DNA of 64,000 bases from positions 13,733-77,732 of the forward strand of contig FLMG01004054.1 in assembly GCA_900088475.1 (NCBI GenBank). The letters are read 5' to 3'. Source of the stretch: Hyphochytrium catenoides (lineage: Eukaryota; Protista; Hyphochytriomycota). A program made the position numbers and the translations under genes. How positions within the stretch are numbered: the stretch's first letter is position 1; each line of letters opens with the position of its first letter. Below are positions 24,601-36,147 of the stretch, in pieces. Below the pieces are notes generated by a model. That model was not told the origin of the DNA. It worked only from the letters and a program-made list of their open reading frames with translations, and made no database searches.

Positions 24601-26634
24601 CTTCCTCTTCCTTGATCCTCATTTATCATCTTTGTAGGGTAACTGAGACGGTCTAGTCGCTCTCCTTACCTTCAGATCATAATGACAAAAATCCCCTGCA
24701 CAGCCGTTGATTTGAGTGGAACCAAGTAACTCCGCAGCTTGAAGCCGCTTCTGGCGCTGGACGTCAATGTAGCGAGAACTCTGGTCGCCTCTATGGCGGG
24801 ACGGAGACGAGAGAGACTTGGCTGGAGCAGTAGGAGAGAGGCTTTCTCCTCCTTCAGAAGGCTTCCGAGAAGCACTTAGCCTGCTATTCTCCTGCATAAT
24901 TTTCGCCACAAGTCCTTCGTCTGGAACAAGAGTGGAGTTTTTCTCTCCTCTCCTCCTTATCCTCTCTTCAATGTTGGAGGGAATATGGTCTGAGCTTAGA
25001 GGGAACCCTTCCGCCATGTGCGTGAAAGGGGTACCCTTACTTCTGGGGTCGCTGGTGGGAGAAGCAGCATAAGCCATCCTCTCCCGTTTCTCCACCTCAG
25101 AGGACTGGAAGATGCTGATCCTCCCCGGGGCCTCCTTCCCAGGTGATTGTTGCTTCATTGGTGGGGAAGAAGACTGAGAGCTATTAGAGAGAGTTGCAAC
25201 TTCAAAGGTCCTTGTGCGGCACAGATGCACTATTCCCTCTCCGTCCAGTAGAAACTCTGCGTCAACATACGTCACTCTGACTTTGTGACAGTTCTCGACC
25301 GCACTTCGAGGCAGCGGAGACATGATTTGCAAGAGAGGGATGGAAAAAGAGGATTGATTATAAGGTGAACGAGATGATGTGCTTGGCGTCAACTGGATGA
25401 TGAAGGCAATCCGGACGCTAAGGGGTGGGGTCCATATGGGCAGTAGAAAGAAGAGAGAATGACGATTCTATAGGGAGTACCCAGGGATGGACGGTAGGGT
25501 TGAGACAAGAATAGAACGGAAGGAGCTTAACTGCATACCTGACGACCGACTTCACAATCTCAGTCATCCTACTGTTAACCCTCGCGGCCATGTTGGGCAC
25601 CCTCTCAAGCTCTCCCTGCTGTACCGCCGTTACCTTGTGACCCTTGGTGCGGGGTTTGCCATCCCCGTCCATTCTGGCAACAGGAAAGAAGAGAGATTGT
25701 GGGGTGAGGTCAAGCAGAGAAAGAGCCGTAAAACTAGGTTTCCGTGTGAGACCCAAGCTGCATAGGTTGATCCGTTTTACGATTGTCAAACCACAATTTT
25801 ATCTTTTCTGCCTCTGGCTTTATCTCCCCCACAAGACTGCACCTCTCCCAACTGTGTGATCCCTTGCAACCTCTTTACCTGTACTCTAGCTCGTAGTTCG
25901 CATAACCTCCTAGAGGCGGGACCCCTCCTTTCGGGTCTGCATAAGCCTGAAAGCAAGTCACCTCTATAGGGATGCGAGACAAGAATTCGCCCACTTCGTT
26001 AAGGTTGACGATCTGCGGTGAGAGATGAGGAGGTGAGGCAACGGTGGAGATTTGTGGCATGTTGGAGACAAACATGAAGTCTAGGAGCTGTCACATGGAG
26101 TCATGGCTAATGGAAGGAAGCAGGTGGCAGCAAGGAGAGAGTGACGAGCGGCAAAGGGATGATTGCAACAGAGGAGTATGTTGGCGAACATGATGAAGAG
26201 CCAGCACCTTGACTGCTCCAGTATCGTAATAAGCTACGAGAATGCTCTTCTTCTTGTTATTCGGAAAGCCCATGGCGATGTGTTCTAAGGCTTCCTTTAC
26301 AGCTTGAGGCGTCAAGTGCTTCTCGCTCCTTCGCTGCACCACGCCCTTGGCGCTTGTAAAGAGCCAACTCTGCATCTGGCCCTCACTGACATGGATTGTA
26401 TCGAGGATCTTTGCCTCACATGGCTGCCATATTTAGAGAAGCAGTCATAGATGGGGCAGTGAGGTGCCGATTGAAGGTGCGGGTGAAAGGAAGGAGGTGA
26501 CGTAATGGAGGTAGGATAGGAGCTAAAAGAAAAAAAAAACATCCGCAAGATGGCAGGTAAGGAAAAGGGGGGCGGGCGGAGAAGGTGAACGTGGACATCC
26601 TGCGACTCACCATATCGTTACCCCTGGAGGCCAT
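14834..26634 (-). CDS. Giant multidomain protein: N-terminal alpha/beta domain, Cys motifs, dynein stalk-type microtubule-binding domain, alpha/beta-hydrolase fold, IQ motifs, coiled coil, SAM, ankyrin repeats
   Basis: A series of minus-strand exons with in-phase GT-AG junctions. MTBD-like: LNKGEIAELRSFKNPPPAV...WPEARKKL...ISHCAAKLCAW (~22958-23290). Hydrolase fold: LVVVHDFFDT, ILAYNYPAQA, HLVGIGNGANIA, PILALQATDNLLI, GGHE. IQ motifs: IQAAYRGYMGRK, IQRIFRGHLGRK and others (18070-18700). SAM: WTVEDVGRWLDTLSLSQY...DGEFLLEL. Ankyrin: GNTLLVVAC, GNTPLHYA, ending at TAG 14834. The start (MASRGNDM|GTGAGT) is tentative. Confidence 0.8.
15583..15640. repeat. (GA)n/(GAAA)n microsatellite inside an intron
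   Basis: Directly visible purine dinucleotide and tetranucleotide run. Confidence 0.9.
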
Positions 26635-26769
26635 GGCCTGGCAGACCCAGGCCCAGTCCTTGCACACTGGGACCTGATTTGGTTCTAAGAAGCTGTTAGG
26701 CTTCAGGTCCCGAGTGATTTGCTGCACTTGAGACATCATGTGTTCAAAAGCGTGACCGTCTCTTCTGTT

Positions 26770-28015
26770 TTACAGCTGCGCTCTCTTCAGGATCCCTTTC
26801 TGATCTTCAACATTCTTCAGGATAGAGCCAAGCATCTGCCCCTCCCTGTCAGGCCACAGCCTCTGAAGCTCGACTACAGCTCGGCATCTTTGGGCAGAAG
26901 CCTGGCAGACAATGAGCTTCACGCGTGTCTTCCCGTCAGCGATACCCCGAAGCCAAGAAGTCCCGCTTTCGGAAAGGAAAGGCGTAGTGTAGAGTTTGGA
27001 CGAAGCTAGTTAAGTAGTGCTTCGGCAGCCATCATTGAGAGAGAACGACAGAGCCACAAATGGGCAGTGGCAGCCTAGTAGAGCAGGCACGATACTATGA
27101 TAGCAAAGGGTGAAGACTAAGAGAGACAGATAACTGAGCGACACGGAGAGTACGAGAAAGGGAAGAAAGAGACACGCATGATACATGGATAGATAGATAG
27201 ATAGATAGAAAAAGTTAGTAGGCGACAGCAAACAAGGTCGAGACAAGCTTAGGCACCCACTCTGTGAGAGAGAGCGAGAGAGCGAGAGCGAGAGCGAGAG
27301 CGAGAGCGAGAGCGAGAGAGAGAGCGAGAGAGAGAGCGAGAGAGAGAGCGAGAGAGAGAGAGAGAGTCAGAGTAGACAGAGAGAACTAGTGAGAGAGAGA
27401 GAGAAAGAGGAGAGAAGCTTGAACACTGAGGCCTGTGGTTCCGAAGCCAAAAAATGGCATCACCGCTCTCCAAATAGCCTATTTTCTCCAAACCAGTTTG
27501 GGGGTTAACACACATCAGCGCTAACATCTTGCCACTTATGGCTTTAGAATAACGGTCTAGGTTAAGTTGTCAGCAAGGGAGACAGTGAGGACGAAGGTCG
27601 TTACATTGATGATGATGGCCACCCTGATTAACAATATATAAAGTGATATCCCTAATACTGCGCACATGGATGGGATTTATTGGGGATGAGGACGATTGCT
27701 TCTAACGCTTCTGAGAGGGCTTGGACACGGCGAACCGGCAGGGAGACAGAACCCTGACAACCTACCAGCGGGAAGACAGAGAGAGAGAGAGACAAAGAGG
27801 GAGAGAGAAAGAGAAAAAGAGACTGAGAGAGGAAGAAACTGTCAGAGGAGACCCAAAGAAGAGGAAAATCCCCACAGGGAGACGCGAAGAGACAAAGGTT
27901 CAAATGAGGAACTCCTGAGATGACCTAGAGGCAATGGTCTTGTGATCACTGTTCTGAAGCGTTGCTTGACTTCAACTTCAGTTAGCTTAGGAAGCATTTC
28001 ACTAATCTGCTGCAT
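26770..28015 (-). CDS. Hypothetical protein, 4 exons, possibly HIRAN-like
   Basis: Four exons join through phase-1 introns: MQQISEMLPKL...RPLPL|GCQGSV...IVLIPNKSHP|SISGKMLALMCVNPQTGLEKIGYLES|ASSKLY...KRAQL* (TAA 26770-26772). The pattern VLIPN..P..ALMCV..KIGYL loosely resembles HIRAN; the domain call is weak. Confidence 0.5.
27188..27400. repeat. Compound microsatellite (GATA)n plus (GAGAGC)n/(GA)n in an intron
   Basis: GATA repeats at ~27188-27208 and GAGAGC/GA repeats at ~27264-27366. Confidence 0.9.
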
Positions 28016-28103
28016 TGCCGCCTTCCATGCTGCTGCTCTCACCCCCGAGTCTGCTTCTAAAACCCCAGAGTTACTACCAGGCCCGATCGAGAGCTGAAGA
28101 CCA

Positions 28104-29380
28104 ATGAGCAGCAAAGGCAAGTAATCGCGACGTCCACGGCCTTTTCACACCTTCATTAAGCCGCAGCCTCGGCAAAGCTATTCTTCTCATCTAGTATCCT
28201 TTGTTTGTCTCGTCACGCTTCTCTCAGTCTCATTCTCAAAATGAACTTTTTGTTAAGCAGGACCTCATCGACTCTTACCTGAATAGGCCCCATCTATCTA
28301 CTGCTTCTCTCCCTACAGACAGGGCTAACACCACTGTTATGGAAAACATGCGGTCAAGGCCTGCCCAAAGTGGTAGATCGCGTGCTTTATACAGAACTAG
28401 GAAAGGTAGCTGTTTGCTTTCTCACCCTAATGGCAATGGGGAAGCTAAGGTCCGTTGTAAGAGTTTGGACCTTCGAGCAGAGTTTGCAATGTGCAGCTCT
28501 TCCTGCGGCCATATATTGCCTACAGAACCTACTGAACCAGCTGGCAATGCAGACCTTGGATTCCACCACCTTCATCATTCTCAACCAGACGAAGATTATT
28601 TTCACTGCTCTTTTTGTCTATTTGATGCTGGGGAAGAGGCAGTCACGGCAGCAAATCTTAGCGCTACTTCTTCTCGTGCTAGGAACCTCTATTATTGTCA
28701 TTGGTAAGCAGTCCGAAGCTACACAAACAAAGAAAGATAGGGTTCTTGAGAGCGACGCTCCACTTGCCATTGGCGCTGCGGTGCTTGCCGGTGCTCTGTC
28801 AGGCTTAGCAGCCGCGATCGTTCAGTCTGCTTTGCAGGAAGCTAAGCGCGAGCCTTCCTTCTACACTCTGGAGCTTGCTTTCTACTCCATGCCTATTCTA
28901 CTGCTGGGTGCCTTCCGGATGGATGGAGGAGGGTCCGTAAGAGCAAGGAAGCTTTCTTCATCACCCGACTTTCCGCCATCACCCCAGCTCCATTGGCTCC
29001 TTCCTGTCGTCTTGCAAGCGGTCGGCGGCCTGCTTGTCGGCCTGGTAGCCAAACACTGTGGAAGTGTGCGAAAGGGGTTCTCCGTTGTCCTGGGCATCGT
29101 CATTTCAACCTTCGTCGACTGTATGCTTTACAATCGACGTCTAAACCTCTCTGCAGTGGGAGGAATCGCCCTGGTTGCTTTTAGCCTCTATCTACATTTG
29201 ACGTACCCGTACAAGTTGGTGCCGCCTGCTGTTCCCAAGGGAGTGAAAGAGAGTACACCGAGAATGTCATATGAGAGGTCTTCAGTATATGAAAGGTGTA
29301 GGCAGCCTCTAGAGAAGCTCCGTCTGTTTGGGATCTACTCCAGAAAGCGCGTTAAGGAGCATCCTCTCCAGCTATGTTGA
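28104..29380 (+). CDS. Nucleotide-sugar transporter (SLC35A / UDP-galactose-CMP-sialic acid transporter family)
   Basis: Motifs YTELGK, ALPAAIYCLQN, TFIILNQTKIIFTALF, GGLLVGLVAKHCGSVRKGFS and about 10 hydrophobic segments. TM1 (GPIYLLLLSLQTGLTPLL) lies upstream of the ORF-track start. It is reachable from ATG 28104 through a GC-AG intron at 28117-28286. Confidence 0.88.
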
Positions 29381-29549
29381 GTGCCAGAGAAATTGGACAG
29401 CTGAAAGAGAAAGGGAAAGGTTGACGACAGAAGAGATTAACTCTCCTAGTTGTCCCGAGTACTCTGGTGGACTGTTGTAGATCGAAGGTTCTCAAGCAGG
29501 CAGGGCCTATAAAGACTTCCCACCATGCCCTTGCTTTCAGCACTCAGTG

Positions 29550-32210
29550 CTACCAGAGGCGAGATGTAGGCTCGGACTCTTTTAGCTGAGCTAGAGCCGC
29601 GATTCCTCCTGTTTTTGCAAAACAGAGCCCGATAGCCGTTTCTTCTTCACATACTTCCTCAGGGCGATTCCTCGACTCCATCTGTTCTGGATTTGTTGTC
29701 GCCCTATGACGCCGCTCACGATGTCGCAGCTCCGTGTCATACTCAACTTCTTCTCCGACTCGTTCCTCTCCCTTTACACTTGGCCTTTCCTCCGTTTTGT
29801 AACGTTCAATATCACCAATACTTACATCGTCGCCCTTCTCTTCTTCTACCTCTTCCTCGGTGCTTACATCCAAATCTTCATCCCCTTCATAACCTCCAGA
29901 CGACTCTTCCTTACCCCTTATTCGCGCTTTTCTCCTGACTGAATTCCTCTTGTTCCACTTTGATGGCGTCCTCCTGGTTGGTGCCTCCGGTTGTTTTCCC
30001 TCTAGTCCTTCCACAGCTTCGATGCTAGGCATAGGCGTTTCTTTTCTCTGTCCATGGGTATAACTTTCAATGTCATTATTGAGCCCTGGGGCCGACGAAG
30101 GGTGAGAAGGAGTGGAAGGATTCTCCTCGTTTGGTGAATCATCAATGTATCCAGTTCCCATCGGTAGGGTCCCGAACTCCTTTTGCCACTCGAACCGAAG
30201 GCCAAGGTGCAGCTTTGCCATAGAGACAAAGTGCTCCCTCTCACTTTGCAGAGGATTGCGGGGATATTGCTGCAAAATCATAGCTACTAGCAAGTCCAGA
30301 AGGTTCCCCTTGTTTCCCTTATCTAAAGCTTCGTTGATCAGTCTTTGTTGTACCGAGAGCATATTCTCATCATCTCCACTTTCCATGTCTTCCCAACCCT
30401 GAGAAAAGAGGTCTTCGAGTTCTCCGATTCTCTGCTGAGCTTTCTCCAGTAAGTCCTCTTCCACAATCACCAATCTCTCTCTCATCTTGTCTATCTTGGT
30501 TTGATCGCCAGGCCGCTCTCTTTCTATTCTCTCCAAAAGAGAATCCCTAAGACGGATAAGCTGAAGACTCAAGTGAGAGTTAGAGCCACAGAGCGCGGCA
30601 GCTTGAAAACGCTGGCAGAAAAGCGAAGATTCTATGAAAGTGTTTCGTTTAGGAGGCTTCAGAGATGAGGAGATATATCTCAGCCAGTAATAGAGCCCAA
30701 GAGTGCCAAAAGAGTGAGATAAAAAGCCAGAAAGAAAGGTACTTCTTAGAGCAAAGAATGGGGCTATTGAAATAGATCTGGGTGGAGAGATCTAGACTTT
30801 AGACAAAGACTAATACCTGGTCAATGGCTAGCTGTGCATCTCTTTGCCTGGCGTTTTGCGCCATTTCCTCCTTCATAGCCATCTTCTCTACTTCCGCTGC
30901 TACTTCTGCTTTCCAAATTAGGTCTTTTGAGGTGTGCCGCAGCATAGTCTTCAGACTGTTCACACTCTTCCATGGCGTAGGGGACGTCACTCGACGCCAC
31001 AGCTCTGCTACTTGCTCTTCGCCTATCCTCTCAGGGTAGCTCACAACGTGATACTTGTCGTCTGGTGTGGCAATGCTGGCACCAAGGAGAAACTCTTCTA
31101 GGCCATCCTGCTCAGTGTGCAAAGCAATTCCTACGGGAAGCAGAGCAGCACAGAGAAAAATATGTGAGAAGTGCACCCGAAGAGGGAAAAGAAGGACGCA
31201 TAGCTAGTTCAGGAAAGTTGAAGAGGAGAACGAAGGAATGGAGGACCTAGAATTGTAGCAATAACGGACGACATCCTCAGATAAGTGCAACTGCTATCCA
31301 ATAGTGAAAGGCTACCTAGGTCGAACATCTCCCCTATGGCGGTCTTGAAGTTTTCTGCCAGGACCTGCTCGACTCTCTCTTTGACAAGTTCTATGGATTC
31401 GTCATCTACGGCCTCATCGCTCAACAGCTTGGTCAAGTTGATAGCGATTAGTGGCATGGACACACAGGGGCGATGCTCTGCCAGGTCGTGAGACGGCTCC
31501 TCCCATTGGGGTGCATCGAGAGCTTTAAATGTGTCCTCTTCTACCTCGGTGTTTTCAAGGACTGCAGTCCTGGTTAAAGGAATTTCCTCAACCTCTATCA
31601 AGTCCTCCCATGTATCAACAGCCAATGGTCTGCCTGAATTCGGACGGCTGGCGGCTTGACCAACACTTTGCTCAACGATCACTGTCTCACTCGCTCGGCT
31701 TATCGCTTGATAGCTTTGTTCAGGTCCGCGTGGTCCATGGGTTAGGTCGCCGCTTCCAGAGGATGATAACGATCGATGGGCGCGGCCCACAAGCCCTGGA
31801 TCTATCCTCAGCGTTAACGCATCCTTCTTTACGACTCGAACGGTCCTGCTGGTTCCCGGCTTAGCCTTCAGAACCTCCATGATGATGCTTAGAGAACTCG
31901 GTATACTGCTCGCTGGCACTTCACCCCTCGCGGAGCTCAGCGCATCTGGGCATCTGGCGCGCAGCTCAGCACATGCAGTAGCTTGGCGTTATCCTACCGT
32001 TGCTCTATCTTGAGTTGTGGGTGAGCCTTGCAGTGTACGTGACCAGAGTTCACCTGGAAGACGCACAGGAAGGTCGACGCTTGCCAACAGAGCAGCAGCA
32101 GCATCAGATCACCTCATCGTCGCCACCACCAAACCTTGAAACACCCTCCATTGCCGACAAGATCAGGGATATTATAAGGTAGGTTTTGAATCCATCGCAA
32201 ATAACCTCTG
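29550..32210 (-). CDS. Hypothetical protein (multi-exon, coiled coil, acidic C-terminus); 5' end unresolved
   Basis: ORFs 31209-31919, 30799-31176 and 29550-30572 join in frame via GT-AG introns (EMFDL|GIALHTEQ; AIDQ|LIRLRDS). Two further short upstream exons are plausible. No known domain recognised. Confidence 0.65.
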
Positions 32211-33152
32211 CTAATTCCCGACCGAGCTGATTACCATGAGAATGATCAGAGCCTGACAAGTTCTTGGAGTGCTGTTGGACGTTCGGCTGATAAGGGTGGA
32301 AGTGGAAGGAAGAGAAGATGATCAACAGCCATGCTGCCTCTGTCTTCAGTTTTCTCCCTCGCGCGTCGAGCTAAAGTAATCGTCAGGCCCCTGGGCAGCC
32401 TGAGATAGCCTAGTGAGTAGATGAGCAGCGCCATTTCCAACACAAAGTTCCGCTCGACTTTCTAGTGTAAGTGAGCTTCATAGTTGGTGAAAGAGACTTA
32501 AGGTATGTGGACGGAGTCTCATGACCTCAGACTATTCAGCTTCTCATTGTTCTTATTGAGGGTGTGCTGGTTTCACACCCCTCAGCTAGACCCTCACTTT
32601 GGATGGTAGAAGCCATCGCCTACCTAAAATTCACTCTTCTTGGTAGTTGGATGGGAGGTGCTTATCAATGAAGCTAAGGCAGCCTGTGGAGGAAGATTCC
32701 TTTTCGATTGCAAAGATTAGCAGGAGTCTACGCCAAGGATCCTCCACATCACCGCAGTCGTGGATTGCAAGACTAATGAACACAATTGACTTGATGCTCG
32801 TAACCCTTTCTTCTATATCACCTCACGCGAACCCTATGGATGCTCCAAAGTGTTGCCCTGACAATGCCATTGCCCACCATCCCGCGCCGTAGCTGAGCCT
32901 TCCAACAAGCAACGCAGACTTACAAATGCAGGAAAACGCTATGTATTTTGTTTAGGATCTGTGCTTTTTGCTCGAATAAGTTCGAGGAAAGCCACGGCAC
33001 TCGCTCTTCTGGAGAGCCTGAAAGATTTTTGGGAGGCAATAGTAAAACGATGAAGCCACGACGTAGACCTTCCACCGCCACTAAGCAAGGAGAAAACAAA
33101 CATCTAAAAAGTCCAGGCACAACACGCTTTCTTCATTAAGGTAACCGCCCGC

Positions 33153-34360
33153 CTATGAGAGCTGAATGTGGCTTGGATAGAGCTTCCCGCAGATTTTCTC
33201 GAGCTCTCCGAATGCCCTGTCCAGGTCATCATTGACGATTGCGTGGTCGAAAGAGCCAGGCAGGGCCGCATAATCCATCTCCGCCTTAGCGTTCGCCACA
33301 CGAAGCCTTATCGTCTCCTCATTCTCCGTTTTTCTACGTTAATGAAGGGAAGGAGGCGAGATCATGAGAGCAAAAAGGAAGAAAGATCGCGAACCATAGC
33401 ATTGGAGAAAACAATATCCAATTAGTGCCTGTGAGAAGTATAGGGTGGCGAGATCTAGTGCTGACCTTCCGCGAAGTCTTTCTTCCAAATCTTCTATGGA
33501 AGGAGGAGCTATCCAAAGATAGTGTGGCTTCAAAGTTGATGCCTTGATCTTTTTAACTCCTTGGATGTCCACTTCAATGATGCAAATCTTGCCCTCTTCC
33601 ATTACCTAAACAAAGGATAAAGAGTCAACTATTGCAATCGAATCGCTCGAGCTCGTTTGGTACCAAGTCTACCTTCCGGACACTGGAGAAGCTGGTGCCG
33701 TACAGGTTACCATGCACCTCTGCGAACTCTATAAATCGGCCCTCTGCAACGCTCTTTTGCATTTCTTCTTTAGGAACAAAGTGGTAATGGATACCATTCT
33801 CCTCACCTTCAGATCGAGCTAGGTAAGATACTTGGGTCTCAGCCTCAGTATGAAGATTGACACGGTCTTACCAGGTCGTGGGTTGCGTGTGGTGTGGCTG
33901 ACGGAGAAGCCAAAAGCGCTGGGATACTTCTTCCTGAGCATGCCTACTAGTGTCCCTTTGCCTACCCCGGATGGGCCCGCGATGACAACAGGCTGAGTGA
34001 TTTTCTGGGTTGCAAATAAGTCAGAAACCCTTCATATGTAGTAATGCATCAGGGATCTTACTTTTTCTGTTCTTGGAACGTAGGAGGTGAAAAAGGTCTT
34101 GGCATAGTTGACGACATTATCCGGCTTGTCGGTCATCACCGAGGTCACAAACGCCGTCAGCATGTGCCGCAGCTCTGGGTGCTTCGCCATGTATGAGCTG
34201 TGCTCCTCGCGGATTTTCAGCTAAACGTAATAGAGAACGTCAGATTCGCGCTTAATTTCAGCTTAGGACGCTCTATCTGTCATCTTCTCCGTCCTACCTT
34301 CTTCTCATTTATAACTGCAATTTCCTCGATAGAGAGCGATGCAAAGTCGGAGCTGCTCAT
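33153..34360 (-). CDS. GUK1: Guanylate kinase with an N-terminal RIIa/Dpy-30-like dimerisation-docking domain (6 exons)
   Basis: Spliced product contains [13 protein letters not shown] (P-loop), [64 protein letters not shown] and [10 protein letters not shown]. The N-terminus [35 protein letters not shown] resembles a D/D domain. Confidence 0.92.
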
Positions 34361-35022
34361 TCTCGTTGACCTGGCAAGGGAGACAGCAGACCTCACGAGA
34401 GCCAGACCGAGGGTCACGCTGTTTGTTGGTCGTCAGGAAGAACGGAAGTCAACTCACAGCACGCGAGCCATGCTGGAAGTCATCACCAATCACCAGTAAG
34501 CAAGACTGAAAGTGATCATGGGGCGGTCAGTGGTGGTGTGTCCTGATCTCTCGATCACTCTGCCTGAAGTTTTGTCTGTGCTCTGATGGCAGCTAGGGGT
34601 CATCCACTACCAAAGTTTGCAGAATGCCGAATACAAACCGCTTCATTCCAGGTACATAACACTAATACTCAATTTATTCTTGATTATAGGCGTACGTTTT
34701 TCCCAACAATCCGTTTTTTGACTTGATCTCCAATACTTCGTTCCTTGATAGGATCAGAGGAGGGACCATCGACAGGAGTGATGGATGATGGACTATGAAG
34801 TGACAGGGAACCTGCTGCCGCCACTGTGAGTTCTGACTTCTGACGGATCGTTACTTGGAGTTAGAGGCTTGAGGCCGCCTCCACCATAGAGGACACAGCG
34901 CTTGGCTTTAATTAAATAACACAAGTGGACGTCTTATCCCGTAAACCCTTGTGGTCCAGCTCGAGTCCCGGTCTGTCTAACAAGGAGCGGAGGGATGATC
35001 TAGACGCTGTCGTCTCGGTGCC

Positions 35023-36147
35023 TTAAAGGTAGTGTCTGTGAGGCGTAGTAGCGTCATCGTGGAGTTCATCCTTCTCAATAAGATCCGGCGAGTCAGTGAA
35101 CTTCGCTAGAAGGTATCGAGCTTCTTCAGGGAATATGCCGCTCTTTTGCATTCTGAGAAAGTTGTCTTGTACCTTTAAGTAATAGTGACGGGTCAGGAGC
35201 TAACGCAAGGTTGCAAAAACAATAATGGCTGTTTACCCAGAACTGGATGCCGTTCATTAGGCACGGACACAGGAGCATAACCACGAGCAGCTTCGTACGG
35301 GGATAGTGGTCCCATGGGCTTAACATCCACGCACCTAACGCCGCCATAGGAGTGAACATTGCAAAGATCATGACCGTAACGATAAGCTTTGAAACGAACA
35401 CCAGGCAGACCCACGCGCCTGCTTGGTTGGCCCAGACGCTAATAGTTTTCGAAGCGGAATTAGTGATGCACAACGCTAAATCGGAAGTTATGGGTGGAGT
35501 CTCACATCATAGATGGCGGATTCCCGTAATCGCCGCTAACTTGTAGAGATCTCCAGCCAAACTCTCCCTACAAGCAGCACAACAATAGGATTAGCGCAGG
35601 CTAAACGTCAGTCAACTTAACGAGCAGATGACATAAAGGGATCTCCTACCGCGAGCCTTTGCTGGAAGTGAAGCCCCAAGAGCATAAGCAACATACCCAG
35701 CGTGACGTCCATCAAGTAGTTGATGAAGTAGAAGGCACACTGATCATAGTACAAGCAAAGCGTTAGAGCAGCTAAGCTAAGGTAGGTTGCAAGGTCGATG
35801 GGAAGATGAGATTAGGCTCCATCTGAAGAGCATACCTCGTCTGCATCTTCTGATTTCGATGAGCTGGAAAAGAACTCGGCAATTAGAATATTCATCATGT
35901 GGCCAAAGAATGCGGCGATACCCTGTTTTGAGGTATCGAGGACCCACACCTAGGCCAGCAGGTGGTATACTCAGAAACCACTGCCATAGATTATAAGCTC
36001 CAAGGAAAGACCTACCAGAAGGGGCCTCTTGTTAGTCTCTCTGTACCTCTTGATGACGAGGACACTTATTGCAGCAATTCCTAGCAGCAACTGGACAAAG
36101 TTGGCGAATCCATCACCGAGGATGTTGCATCGGTGCTCAGGAGACAT
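35023..36147 (-). CDS. STIMATE/TMEM110-YPL162C family membrane protein (multi-exon)
   Basis: CNILGDGFANFVQLLLG, KRYRETNKRPLL|VWVLDTSKQ, DE|CAFYFINYLMDVTLG, WANQAGAW and KLLVVMLLCPCLMNGIQFW|VQDNFL are family hallmarks. Confidence 0.88.

Noticed and set aside
32250-33140. Additional small gene or 5' exons between the hypothetical gene and guanylate kinase
   Set aside because: Could not assemble a consistent in-frame spliced model on either strand.
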